A stretch of 62,823 bases of DNA, counting the filler, from Klebsormidium nitens (Eukaryota > Plantae > Klebsormidiophyceae): the NCBI GenBank assembly GCA_000708835.1. It is 6 parts of 6 records of this genome, joined end to end, with 100 filler letters (N's around TTAATTAATTAA, not from the genome) between each part and the next. Parts side by side here need not be neighbours in the genome. Positions count along the whole stretch, not along the records: positions 1 to 15,947 come from DF237999.1; 5 more parts are not named here. One strand, 5' to 3'. The position numbers and the translations under genes were made by a program. The notes under the pieces were generated by a model. It had not been told where the DNA came from and ran no database searches. It was given only the letters and a program-made list of their open reading frames with translations. Shown here piece by piece: positions 1 to 11,008 of the stretch; within the stretch, counting starts at the first letter, position 1, and every line of letters starts with the position of its first letter.

Positions 1-204
1 GGTGATCCGGTGGCATTTCTAGTTCAATACAAGCGGCAGAAATCGAAAAAGAAATCAAAAGGATCAACAAAAGACTGGCTACGCTTGCTAAAAAGAAGAA
101 TAAATCTGCAACTGATGCAATAAGCGAGCTTATGGATCAGCAACTTTTGAATACGTTGTTGAGTAGGAACAAGGAATCATAAAAATAAGTGAATCTGTCA
201 AAGA

Positions 205-483
205 TTACGGACTTAGCAAACTGCCTGCTACGGACGCCCGATTCCCGACTAATTGTTTGATCGCTACACCTCGATCAAACCCTTTGTTGAATTTTGCCGC
301 GACGTGCTCACCTGCGGGTCCAAAGTGCGACCCGACCGCGGACGCGAGACCGTGCACAAGCGGCGCCGACCCATGCAGGGTTTTGGCCACGTTGCTTGAC
401 ACGTCACCGATGCGACGGATGATTTTGCCTGCTGAGTGGATACCTTTGAGGACTGATGAGCCAATTCTTCCGAATATTCCCAT
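205..483 (-). CDS. Small basic amphipathic virion protein (92 aa), candidate membrane-active or core protein
   Basis: MGIFGRIGSSVLKGIHSAGKIIRRIG amphipathic pattern; TATAAAAAC-ATG upstream; directly follows the penton genes on the same strand. Confidence 0.65.
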   Translation of the reverse strand: MGIFGRIGSSVLKGIHSAGKIIRRIGDVSSNVAKTLHGSAPLVHGLASAVGSHFGPAGEHVAAKFNKGFDRGVAIKQLVGNRASVAGSLLSP

Positions 484-487
484 GTTT

Positions 488-1369
488 TTATAAAGTATCT
501 AAAGAATTTAAATCCGCGACTGATCTGATTAAGGAGAGCTTTGTGTAGTCCAGTATCTCACTCAAGATCCCCAACGTTCGATTTTGTCCATCTTGGACAT
601 TCTTTTTGTATATTCGCACCAAAAAGGTGACGGTATAAGGGTTCAAATAGGTCAGGTCATTGCCGTAAATGTCTCTGATGGTGATCTGCAGCCGGGAGAT
701 GTTCTTCTCATTTAGGAACATCTCAAATTGGTTGCCAGGGTTCTGCCAGTGCAGGACGGTGAATGGAGCTGTGTCGAAGGGAATCACAGCAAGCACATCG
801 GAGGGCTTGCACTTTAGGTCTGCTGCAGAGCTGAAGTTGTCCACGTTCCAGCAAGCTGTGGTGGAGACTCCTGCTGCATGCAAGACAAGCTGATTGACCC
901 CTCCTTTTAGATCTAATTGATTCGTGCTAGTAATGGTGCTTCCAGAGGGTATGTCTGTGCTATTGAAGCCAAAGGTTTGGTAGCTATTGTCTGTGAAAGA
1001 GATTACATGGGGTGTTGCAAAGGTGAAGACAGCGCGGTTGGTATGGCTGTCGTAGGTGCATGACACTCCTGCATACAAACGGCTCACAGTCAGGCAGAGA
1101 TCCCTGTAGCTGTAGTTTCCTGGAGGGACTCCAATGGTGGTACTAGGGCTTCCTGAGGCAACAGCTGTGAAGGTGAGCTGATTGTTCAGGCTGTTTACCA
1201 CATAATATTGGATCTGCATTGTGAAGTCCACGACCGTTAGACTCATTTGGTGCTCGGGCATGGCTGTCAGGACGTCCGTATCAAATTCAAACACAGAATC
1301 GTAGGAGTTGGTTTGTGCTGATCTCAAAAATAAGTATTGACTGTTGATATGCACGTTTAGGTCACTCAT
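488..1369 (-). CDS. Minor capsid (penton, single jelly-roll) protein
   Basis: PGNY motif, NVDN...SDVLAVIPFDTAPF, and C-terminal ISRLQITIRDIYGNDL...YTVTFLVRI, a pattern typical of PLV/virophage pentons. Confidence 0.78.
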   Translation of the reverse strand: MSDLNVHINSQYLFLRSAQTNSYDSVFEFDTDVLTAMPEHQMSLTVVDFTMQIQYYVVNSLNNQLTFTAVASGSPSTTIGVPPGNYSYRDLCLTVSRLYAGVSCTYDSHTNRAVFTFATPHVISFTDNSYQTFGFNSTDIPSGSTITSTNQLDLKGGVNQLVLHAAGVSTTACWNVDNFSSAADLKCKPSDVLAVIPFDTAPFTVLHWQNPGNQFEMFLNEKNISRLQITIRDIYGNDLTYLNPYTVTFLVRIYKKNVQDGQNRTLGILSEILDYTKLSLIRSVADLNSLDTL

Positions 1370-1388
1370 TTAGTCTTAGGGGAGATTT

Positions 1389-1895
1389 TCATTCGGTTTG
1401 GATGATCCCGAGGGTAAGTACCCAGTCGCCAGGCAGGGTGACAACCGAAGTAAAGGTGCAGGCAACATCAACTGTCAAAGTTCTTTGTGAAAACATGCTC
1501 AAGTCTTGGACAGACACCCCATACTGTGGGCTCCCGTTAAAGAATGAGTATGCGCGAGAAGTAAGGAGTGATTTGCTCTGACTTCTGGTTCTTGAGTCGT
1601 AAGAAAGCGGCTGGGCAATCTCTTCAATTGTGAGGTCAAAAGGATAGTTATAAAGTGTTGCAGCGTCCTGGAAATGGAAGCTTGACACAAATATCCTGCA
1701 GTTTCCTTTAATCTGCTCAAACGGTATGCTTACGTTGCGAAACTTATGCTTTGTTCCACTTACCTCGTCGGCATTGAGTGAGCTCAGGATGATTTTGTAC
1801 ATTCGATCGTAGGGTTTGCTCTGGCTTACATTCTGAAACGGGTAGGGAGAAGGCTGATGAAGACCAGATCGGCCTGCAGCAAAGTTGACATCCAT
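1389..1895 (-). CDS. Second, shorter penton-like beta-sandwich protein (168 aa)
   Basis: YKIILSSLN N-terminal strand, LSYDSRT, C-terminal DWVLTLGI; all-beta pattern; tandem with the penton gene. Confidence 0.55.
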   Translation of the reverse strand: MDVNFAAGRSGLHQPSPYPFQNVSQSKPYDRMYKIILSSLNADEVSGTKHKFRNVSIPFEQIKGNCRIFVSSFHFQDAATLYNYPFDLTIEEIAQPLSYDSRTRSQSKSLLTSRAYSFFNGSPQYGVSVQDLSMFSQRTLTVDVACTFTSVVTLPGDWVLTLGIIQTE

Positions 1896-1925
1896 TTTAA
1901 GTTAATATCACATTTTAATCCTCAG

Positions 1926-2211
1926 TTATTGGAAGTCTTCTAGTTTGACGGAATACCAGTATGATTTTGGATCAATAGTCCCGTCGCAATTAATTCGACC
2001 ATAACGTTCAACTGTGTAAGTATGGAACAAATAGTGAACTTTAACAAAATTTTCTGAGACTAGAGAGAATGTTTGTTGTATCTCTGTATGAACTGATGAA
2101 CGTGGAGAGAAGGGCTGGATCAGTGAATGCCATTTGAGGCTTGATATTCTCAAGTTGTTTGCTTAATCCGTAAAGTCTCATCACGTTCTGACCCAGTAAA
2201 TCAGAACTCAT
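1926..2211 (-). pseudogene. Hypothetical viral gene, apparently frameshifted
   Basis: ATG at 2211 preceded by CATATAAAA. The frame stops at 2041 while an overlapping frame runs to 1926. Confidence 0.35.
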
Positions 2212-2243
2212 TTTTATATGCATTGAGATAAAAATAAGTAACC

Positions 2244-2588
2244 TCAGACGCAGTTTTCTGCTGGCTGCACTATCTCAAAGTCTGGTTCTTCTTCAAACTG
2301 GATCTGAGGGGTTTGGTTTTCTTCTTCTGTCGCAGGTTCCACCTCAATCGCACCCATAATCTTGAACTTATCCGGGTCTTGCTCTGCCACCGCCTCGGTG
2401 AGTTTGCCCTTCCCTTTCTTTGCCTGCTTCCTTGCAACCTTCTCACCCTTCTTTTTGTTCTCTCGCAACCACTCGCCATCGTCAGCGGAGTAGGTGTCAG
2501 CCAATTCTTCTATTACAAATCTGGGAATCCTTGGGTGATCCCTGCACATGGCACTAATCCATTCCTCCCTAACTTTGTCTGAGATCAT
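2244..2588 (-). CDS. Hypothetical Lys-rich/acidic-tail viral protein (114 aa; start MISDKVREE)
   Basis: In-frame ATG at 2588 preceded by CATATAAA; divergent from the ATPase across 25 bp. Confidence 0.6.
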   Translation of the reverse strand: MISDKVREEWISAMCRDHPRIPRFVIEELADTYSADDGEWLRENKKKGEKVARKQAKKGKGKLTEAVAEQDPDKFKIMGAIEVEPATEEENQTPQIQFEEEPDFEIVQPAENCV

Positions 2589-2613
2589 TTTATATGTTCT
2601 AATATAACAAATC

Positions 2614-3252
2614 ATGAAGACAGAACGCCTTCCGATCTCTAAGGTTGACATCAAGAACAACAAGCTGCCCTATGGTGATCGCAAAGTGCCTGAGTACATG
2701 CCTTCCCTGCATCCGCTTGTTGCATTAGTTGGCTCGCGTGGGCAAGGCAAAACGACAAGGATATGTGAGTGGCTTTTGATGTACGACGCAGCCAAATCGT
2801 ATGACAAGGTGTTCGTCATCTCTCCAACTTTTACGCGAGACCCTAAGACTGCTTGTTTGACAGAGGAGCCTCGAAACTTTACGATCGAAGTGATCCCAGG
2901 GTACACAGAAGATGGCTTCAAAGACATCATGGATTACATGGTTCACGAAGTCGATGAATATAAAAAGTACTTAAAGGAATTGGAAGCCTGGAAACGTTTT
3001 CTGAAGTGCAAGAACATAGATTCGCTAAGCAATGATGATATTGCACTGCTCTACGGTCTGGACTTTGAAGCACCAAAGACGATCTATAAGTGGGGCTTTC
3101 CTTCTTTCTGCGTGGTGGTGGACGATTGTGTAGCAGACAAGAAGATGTTTAGCCCGACTATGCGCGGGGCTTTTGTCAACTTTATCTTGCTGCATCGCCA
3201 TCATTCTTGCACTGTGGTCATGGCAAGTCAGGTGCATAGGGTTGCTCGTTAG
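2614..3252 (+). CDS. A32/FtsK-HerA-like DNA packaging ATPase, C-terminus apparently frameshifted or truncated
   Basis: Walker A VALVGSRGQGKTT, Walker B CVVVDDC, A32-type LHRHHSCTVVMASQ. The expected downstream LP..(I/V)R motif (MLPRGVR) lies in another frame at 3255-3326. Confidence 0.88.
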   Translation: MKTERLPISKVDIKNNKLPYGDRKVPEYMPSLHPLVALVGSRGQGKTTRICEWLLMYDAAKSYDKVFVISPTFTRDPKTACLTEEPRNFTIEVIPGYTEDGFKDIMDYMVHEVDEYKKYLKELEAWKRFLKCKNIDSLSNDDIALLYGLDFEAPKTIYKWGFPSFCVVVDDCVADKKMFSPTMRGAFVNFILLHRHHSCTVVMASQVHRVAR

Positions 3253-3343
3253 GCTTTAAGGTTTCGGGAAACATGCTACCTAGGGGTGTTCGATACGCGA
3301 CTGCCATTCTTTATACATTAGAGTAACAATAAAAATAAGCTGA

Positions 3344-4564
3344 TTACCAGACCACCGACACTTGTCTGTTAGGTCCCACCTCCATAATACCTGTGCATTG
3401 GACAAACACAGTCGGAAGGTAGTCACTACCCCCACCGGTCGTTTGCCAATTTATTGTGGACGCGCTGCCACGGGTGTCGAGACCAGAGCTCAATCTTGCA
3501 GAACTTTCGTCGTTGTCGACGTTGAATTTGAAATAATGCCAGAAGTTGTTGCTTGCAAAAGCATCAACACCACCACCCACAGTAACAAAACCGGAATCCA
3601 TCTGTCCAACCATATCAGCCGAAAGCCCCATGTTGTGCAGATTTTCCATCCAGATTTGAGGTGGGGTCAAAGGCAGGGACGGGAAGCGAACCCCGTTCAC
3701 AGCAAAGACGGAGTCCGTAACTGCAGCGCCCTTCTTTGTGAAATATTTGCTCGTACGAAGGACAGTGTCTAAAGCGTTTCCTGTGTAAGTAGCACCGTCT
3801 TGGAACGTTGCCCAAATTCCGTCCACGCTCTGAGAGCTTACGTTCATCCTGAGGTTCTGAGCAGCGGTTCCATTATTTCCCTGGAAGTTCAAATAATACT
3901 TAAAAGGGATTTTCACTCCACCGTTGCTCAGTCTCTGCTGAACGATCTGAGAGTAAGAACCATCGTCGATGCTAACCACCTGGCAAAGAGCTTGAATAGC
4001 GCTGAGGTTCCATGTCTTCGTCGTAGAGCTTGCATGACTTACAAGCACCGCATTAGAAGCCAACTTAATCTGTAGTCTCACCTGACCAAGAATGCTGGTA
4101 TCTAAATACCTGGGTTGCGCGCTTGATAGGAAGCCAAGGAAATGGGAGATGGCAATCGGTTTGCTGTACCCAGCCGTGTCTAACGCTGCAACCGCTGCCG
4201 CATCTGAACCGAGTTGCATGAGTTTCCTCTGAGGAGTCTTGTCGGCACCATACCAATCTATCAAAGCGGTCGAAAGGTAGTTTGTCATTGTAGCTCCTGG
4301 GGCAACAGCAATTCCATTGACAAGGACGGTGACCTGATCGATCAAAGATTCTACATTTCTTGGAGGAGTTGTTCCAGCACCAGTCGTTAGAGTTGCGTAA
4401 AGCGTGAACGCATCCAGGTTCACGATGCTTTTCTCAGGTAGGGTGATGGAAATCGTATCCCCAGAGTTAGCCTGAACGGGAGTTTGAGGGTACAGGAGGA
4501 AAGTATTCCTAGAAACGTTGTCGAGCTTCTCAAGATAGTATTTAAGGACAGAGGGATACGACAT
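3344..4564 (-). CDS. Major capsid protein (double jelly-roll), PLV type, 406 aa
   Basis: N-terminus YPSVLKYYLEKLDNVSRNTFLLYPQ...SGDTISITLPEKSIVNL matches the PLV MCP pattern; C-terminal SGLDTRG...FVQCTGIMEVGPNRQVSV; TATAAAAC-ATG upstream. Confidence 0.85.
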   Translation of the reverse strand: MSYPSVLKYYLEKLDNVSRNTFLLYPQTPVQANSGDTISITLPEKSIVNLDAFTLYATLTTGAGTTPPRNVESLIDQVTVLVNGIAVAPGATMTNYLSTALIDWYGADKTPQRKLMQLGSDAAAVAALDTAGYSKPIAISHFLGFLSSAQPRYLDTSILGQVRLQIKLASNAVLVSHASSTTKTWNLSAIQALCQVVSIDDGSYSQIVQQRLSNGGVKIPFKYYLNFQGNNGTAAQNLRMNVSSQSVDGIWATFQDGATYTGNALDTVLRTSKYFTKKGAAVTDSVFAVNGVRFPSLPLTPPQIWMENLHNMGLSADMVGQMDSGFVTVGGGVDAFASNNFWHYFKFNVDNDESSARLSSGLDTRGSASTINWQTTGGGSDYLPTVFVQCTGIMEVGPNRQVSVVW

Positions 4565-4609
4565 GTTTTATAAATTGATTGTAGATATTTATTTAGGCGT
4601 TGACCCTGT

Positions 4610-5265
4610 TCATCTTTTCATGCGAAGACCTGTTTTCTTTGGTGCGAAATTTGTACCAAACCTTTCGTTCAACTTTCTGTAAAGGTTTTGGTCAACATTT
4701 TGGAATCCTCTTTTGCTTTCAGTTAGGATTCCCAGCCTTGCTGACTCCATTAGGAGAATCTCTTGCTTTTCAATCCTGGAAATTCGGCTAGAGGCGTTGA
4801 TTGATTTCCATCGACTCTGGTAACTTTCCAACTGTGCTCTTGTAAGCACTCCTCCCGTTTCTTCTTGCTTTTCCTCCGGATCGTCTAAGACTATTACTTT
4901 CTCCTTTCCTCTAGCACTTGACCTCGGTTTTGGTCTTTCCTCTCTTGTACTCTTCTGTCTTGGTTTCGGCTTCACTTCCTCTTGCTCACCTAAGTGCACA
5001 GCAACCTTCTCCTCCTCTTCCTTTTTCTTTTCTCTTCCGCGGTCTCCTTCCGATACTTCTGCGCCAGTTTCAAAAGTTTCTTGATGTTCGTATCCATGCT
5101 GTCGGCTTTGATGAAGTCTGCCCAAGGGCTCTCGATGGTTTCGAAAGGCTGAATGAACGGCGTCTCTCTCGTGTAGGCGAACTTGCCGACTACGCCTCCA
5201 CCGACTTTAAAGAAGGGATTCTGCTCCTGGCACTCGACGCAACACTCTTCCTTTGAGGGTATCAT
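4610..5265 (-). pseudogene. Hypothetical charged viral protein split by one frameshift
   Basis: ORF 4990-5265 (MIPSKEECC) can continue into ORF 4610-5125 by a 1-nt shift in an A/G-rich run near 5035 (TAEEK / KKKEEEEK). Confidence 0.45.
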
Positions 5266-5283
5266 TAAGGTAAGTTGAGATAT

Positions 5284-8200
5284 TTAAAGGATTCCAGTGT
5301 AGACGTAATTCATGTACACCGTAGGGTTTCCGCTTATAGCATTAAGATTAAAGACTATACCATTCGACCCACTTGGAATGCTGTAGTTATTGATACTCAT
5401 TCCGTTATTGTAGAATGACTGTTGGACGAATGTCGCGGTCTGCCCCGAAAGACGCGAAATATTGATGGTAAGCATACAACTCACAGGATTGATAACCGCT
5501 GTCTTCATAAAAACTTTCAGTTCCCCCATACAAGTACTAGTACCACCGCTCCAAATCTGAGAAGTATCTAAGTAGCCTTGTGTTGCTGTCGTGAATGTGA
5601 TGTACCCTCCAAGATTTGAAATGATTACAGGCGTGCTACCGACTTGATTGAATGATGGTATTGCAAAAGCGTCCGCTCCTATCTGAAATCCATTCGCAGA
5701 GTGAGAAGTTGTCAATGCTCCGTTTACTGCAGTTCGTACAGCATTTCCACTCGTCGCATTGATGGTGGTCAGACCACTTGACGACTGAGTAGCCATGTAC
5801 CCTGTAGAATTGTGGTTATTAACATGACTGAATGTAGCGTCAGATGAGAACACGTTCGAACTTATCTGTGCTAATGAAATCACAGTCCCGCCCCTGATAG
5901 AACATGAACCATCAGCGTAAAGGGTCATGTTAGATGTAGATGACCCGTTTTTGAACGTGATATTTCCACCAGCGTTGTCATAAGTCGAACAGTTTATCTT
6001 TCCTGATATGGTCGCATTATTTCCGCAAGAGATGTTGTTTCCTGCCGTGAAATTACTAGCGGAGCATGTCGCTGTGAGACCATCGACCGTCATTAAGTCG
6101 GTGAACGATAAGAGGTTTGAGTTAGAAGGTTTACAAATCTTGAAGGTCGCTGCTGAGAATGAACCTGATATGACTGCTCTCACTGTACCATTTGCAAATT
6201 GTCCCAAACCGTACAGGTCGGTGGTGGTCGATGGTGTACCATAAGAGGTGCATATAAGCATACCAGGGTCTGCATTCGGGTTTCGCCATCCAAGGTTAGA
6301 TGTAAGTTGCATAGAATAAGCACCACCAGTTTTGTCATAAAACGAATACGTACCATTACTCGCCGAAAAGATTGTATCAGCATTCTGAGCAAAATAGATA
6401 CGATTGTTGTTATCACATGAGATAATCCATTGGTTTTGTTTCACGGCGAGACCGTTGCTAAGAGTCAGTTGACCAGCAAACGTTCCAGTGCCACCATTGT
6501 AGAAATTCCCAGAGTTAAAATGTGTTGCACTGTTCAACGTTTGACCTACTGTAATGTTTGAACTCTGAATCAAATTTCTAACATATAAGTTCCCTGTATC
6601 TGCTGTCAGACTCATAAGACAATTTTCGCCAGCATTTTCCCATATAAAACCTTGACTTGCCCCGCTTCCAACTCGCATACGGATATGGTGTGATGTCCTT
6701 CCGTCCAAGGAAGAACAAGCAGTATTTGAAGCGGCAGATTTACCCGCTCCAGACTGACACATATATCCACTCCGTATTGGCGTCATTTTGATCCCAGTAT
6801 CGAATTCCCTTGCCATAACCAGTATCCGCCTGTTGATTTACACCAAGCACGCCACTGACTATTAAATTTCCAGACGAATGAACCATAGTAATCTTACTGT
6901 TTGCCATATTGACGTCGCCTGTAGACATGTTGACAATGTAAGGGCGTAGACTGTTGAAAGAACCAGAAGAATCACCCGCATTGGTACATAAATGATAGTA
7001 GGTCGCACCATCGCTGTAGTGAATCATGCCAATCGACCCATATGTATTTTGCATGCAAATATTGTTATTCGTTATAAGGTTTGTGGTCTTCAAACTTCCC
7101 CCTACATTAACATTACCAGTGTTTGACAACGTTCCATTAATTTTGACAAACTGTGATGAAATCTGAAGATTGTTTGACCAACCACCATTGTACGACGTGT
7201 AGAAGTTATGTACTCCATTTGTTCCCGTATTATAACCCGCGTAATAGTTGATGCCCCATCCTGCCGAATGTGTAATCTTACTAGCATTCGCTCCAACTGA
7301 CGTTAGGACTATTTTATCACCATCAGCACTGTTCAAAGATATGACCCCGCTATTTCTCATTGTCGTCATCGTAGCATCGCCCAGTGATGCCGTAAGAGTG
7401 TTTAATCCACCCCAGGGCGACCCAGAAGTACCAAGGTTATTTGCACCTGCTGAGGAAGAAACGATATCTGCCCCCGAGGAGACTCCAGCATAAGCATTAA
7501 TACTGTTGTTAACAAGCTGATTATTTACTAAGACTGAATCTGCTGTAAGACCTAAACCGACCGAGACGTTGCTCGAGAACGATACATTATTGACGTTCGA
7601 TCGGAGGGCGTTGGACGCCCACACATAGTTCCCGCTGCTCGCGACAGAAGCAAGGGCGTTCGACGCCCAGTAAGATGTATTCGATCCGTATAACACCTGA
7701 GGACTTGTATTACTACATAATGCTGGTACAGATGTAAGATATCCAAAACTCAAATTTCCAGCGAACATCGTTGCTACACATGTGCCATTTATCTCGAGAG
7801 GATACGCAGGATTACTCGTTCTAATTCCGACATTTGAGTAATTCCAATATAATGTCCCGTTGATACCATTTCTCCCAGGTGCGAAATTCGACCCATTCGC
7901 AACGTATCCTAGTACCCCACCTTGCCACCCGTAAACAGCAGTTCCATCAATGGTTTGCCCTGTGCCAGCGACATTGGCGTAAGTTATACCAGCATTCCCA
8001 TTCTGAATATATAATGGATTCGTACTCATCGAAAGGGCGGCGGGTGTAATCGTGCCACTTACACTTAAGTTCGAAATGGTCGCAGATGTACTTAGAACGT
8101 TCGACGCCTGAATATATCCATTGATGAAAGTGTTGGAACTTATCGTAGTCAGCGAATTTGATGTCTCCGTCTTGATCTGAAGATTTGAAAGTACTGAACC

Positions 8201-10974
8201 CAAAGAAGTATTCGATGTATTGAAAACGAGATTACTGTAGAATGGTGTAGCGGTTGGTTCTTGAAGAACTGTCCCTAGACCAGCATCTCCACAACTTACA
8301 TCGAGGTCGAATCCACTGAATTGATTATTAATTGACAACAGGTATTGATATTGAACGTTGTTGCTGTTGTACACTATAATATCACACCATTTCTGTGCTT
8401 CAGAAATTGCTCCGAAACCCGTACCCAAGAAGGACACTCCACCACGACAGGTGATGGTTGCATCGATCTGACATAAGTTCGCCGTAAACAACCCGGCCAA
8501 AGTTCCGCTGATACGCAACCCTCCAGCACTGTTCCCAGCGTCTTTGTTGGGTGAAGTTGCCAGCAAGAAATAATTACTACCCGAGATATTCCAATTCCCA
8601 AGTCTCATATTAATCCATTGCTTTCGCGTCATACCTGAAGGAGTACCGTTGACGTTGAGAGTCCCACCGACGTTCATGTTGCTTGTGTTGCTATGTGTCG
8701 AGGACAGTACATAAGAACTTTGAAGGTTGCCCGAATTACTGTGAGTTGCCGAAGTTAGAGTCGATGAGACGTTTGCTGTTCCGTTGACATCTAGTGTAGC
8801 GGTCGGACTCGTTGTCTTGATACCAAAGTTTCCGTTCCCACAGGCGTTAAACGTCCCAGAACCAATGGTGATCCAAAGAGACCCATTGCCGCGTAATTTG
8901 ACATACTGGCGTTTGAATACGAATAGAAACCGTTGAACGCTGCTGTATAGTTTACACTAGTGTTTACACCGTAGGTATTGAGCATGAAATTATTCGAATT
9001 TAGAGAAGGACAGTACAGAGATGATGAAACAACATTAACGGTTGCAGGATTATTCATGTTCAGACCTGTACAGGTGAGATTTGATACTGTAGTACTTCCT
9101 AAGACTGTCAAATTTGAGGAGACGCTTACGTTTGTTATATTGGATATGCTCGTGGAAGTGGTGTTAATCAAACCATTTAAAGAGAACGCTTGGTTTAACG
9201 TTGCGAGATTGCTGTAGGTTAAGACAAGGTTGCTCGTGACATTGCTTTTAAATGTAATCCTACCATCTTCGTAGCGACTAGTCGCAGAACCGATCTCCAA
9301 ATATGAAGAAAGTTTCTGATAACCAGAAGCAAGGTTGATGGCGTTGTGAGCAGCATCACTGGCTGACTGCAGTATACCTGTAAGTTAACCGTCTTTCGAA
9401 AACATCTCGCTGCCAGCAAACCCAAGAGCACCGAGTGAAGAAATGGTCGCCGCCCCGATTGCCAGACCAGTGGTGGTCGAGAAGGAAGGTTGATTGGTTA
9501 AAGAGTTGTAATCGATTGCCACAGAAGAAAGCCGATAGTTGCTTGGACTATTGTTGGAGAAGATGCCGATGTTGCTGGCGAAGACGCTTGTGTTCGATCC
9601 AAAGGTAGAGCGGTTTGTGTTGCTGTTGATTAGAGCAAACAACACGTTGCTCGTACTGTAATTGCTCGTGTTGTTCGAGCAAAATACTCCAAGATTGGAA
9701 GAGAATGCGGAGGTGTTCGAGGAAAAAACGGTTGAATTACTACAGTAGATTCCTAGATTCGATGCGTAGTAAAAGTTGCTTGTCGAGAAATTGCTGAGGG
9801 CGACTAGATTGTTGCTGGCATAGTAGAAGTTGCTTGTCGAGAAATTGCTAAGGGCGACCAGACTGTTAGACGTTGCAACACTAGTGTTGCTTCCAAAAGT
9901 ATCTCGAGAAACATTTGAGTTGATAAAAGCAAAAACAGTATTGCTCGTGCTGTAATTTGATAAACTATTACTGCCAAAAACAGACGTGTTGCTTCCAAAA
10001 ATTGCATTGCTGTAAATGGAATTTGAGAAGGACGTGATCGTAGCAGTAGAAGCAAGGGTATTAATTTGATTACTACAGTAAGTAGAAGTGTTTGAGTCGT
10101 AAGCACGAAGGGGATAGAAAGTGTTAGACGTGACAAAGGTCGGAATCAGATTGGAACAAAAGTTTCCTGTCGTCTGAGCGGCTGTCGCTGCGTTGCTTGA
10201 CCACACATTCTTTGCGTTGATATCGTTGGAAAAAGCTGTGGTCAGATTAGATAATGAAACTACCGTATTGGATGTCCAAGATGCTTGAGTGCTTACGGTG
10301 TTTATGGTGTTGGAGAGACCCCAAACCTGATTCGATACCGCCTGCACCTGGTTTGAAAGCGAAGTCAAAGATGGTGCAGAAAACACCCCTGCCACATTTA
10401 AGTTCGAGCATCCAACCAAGTTCGCGGATACTGATCCAGAAACCATGACATCTGTCAGAATTGTAGGCTGAAGGAACTCTGCAGCGTTGCTAACGGTGAA
10501 CACAGGTAAGATGTCTATGTCATCTATCAGATTGGATACGGCTACGTTCGAAGTCGAGCAGGCTATCTGAAACGTTCCAGTGACAGGATTGAACTCTGGA
10601 TTGGCATATGCAAACTGTAGCGAGTTGTTGATGTACAGTTTGACCTGAGACACAGACTGTTTGACCTGGATTATGTTGCTCTGATATGGGACGATCGGCA
10701 GGGAATTGCACTGAGTAAGAAGGGTCGAATTGTTCAAAAGTTTAATATTTGATGCCGGATGGTTCAATTGTATGCTCAAAGCATTGTTAGAATCACCCCA
10801 TCCAAACGTGCAGTTTGAATTGTTAGACCCTGTGATGTAGGTGAAACCCCAGACGAAAGTGTTAGGAGGAGCAACGTTCTGGATCATAGATCCAGTCTGA
10901 TTAGCTCCTGTTGTCATCGCGATGTTGCAGGCAGTTGTGCTGTGTGCAGCAGACCCCGCATAAGAAACAGACAT
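5284..10974 (-). pseudogene. Giant fibre/spike gene (~1,900 codons) broken by one in-frame TAA and two frameshifts
   Basis: Start MSVSYAGS at 10974. TAA at 9385-9387 is followed in the same frame by LTGILQ...LEIGSATSRY. A frameshift near 8900 leads to GNGSLWITIGSG...GNFGIKTTSPTATLDVNG; a second near 6765 leads to YMCQSGAGKS. Ser/Asn/Thr-rich. Confidence 0.72.
9764..9859. repeat. Two copies of a 54-nt coding tandem repeat (VALSNFSTSNFYYASN)
   Basis: Near-identical units at 9764-9805 and 9818-9859, period 54 nt. Confidence 0.85.
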
Positions 10975-11008
10975 TGCTTTGCGTCCTTTAAATAGAAGCA
11001 TACAAAAA

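Noticed and set aside
3-180. Gene fragment AAEIEKEIKRINKRL...RNKES*
   Set aside because: Looks coding, but has an in-frame stop at 3-5 and no start in the window; cannot be assigned.
3232-3252. Intron that would repair the ATPase frame
   Set aside because: Possible GT...AG pairs give only 12-26 nt, too short, and the rest of the element is intronless.
9385-9387. TAA read as Gln (stop-codon reassignment) to explain the in-frame stop in the fibre gene
   Set aside because: Other long viral and host genes have no internal TAA/TAG, and TAA ends genes at natural positions (for example the MCP). A point mutation or read error is simpler.
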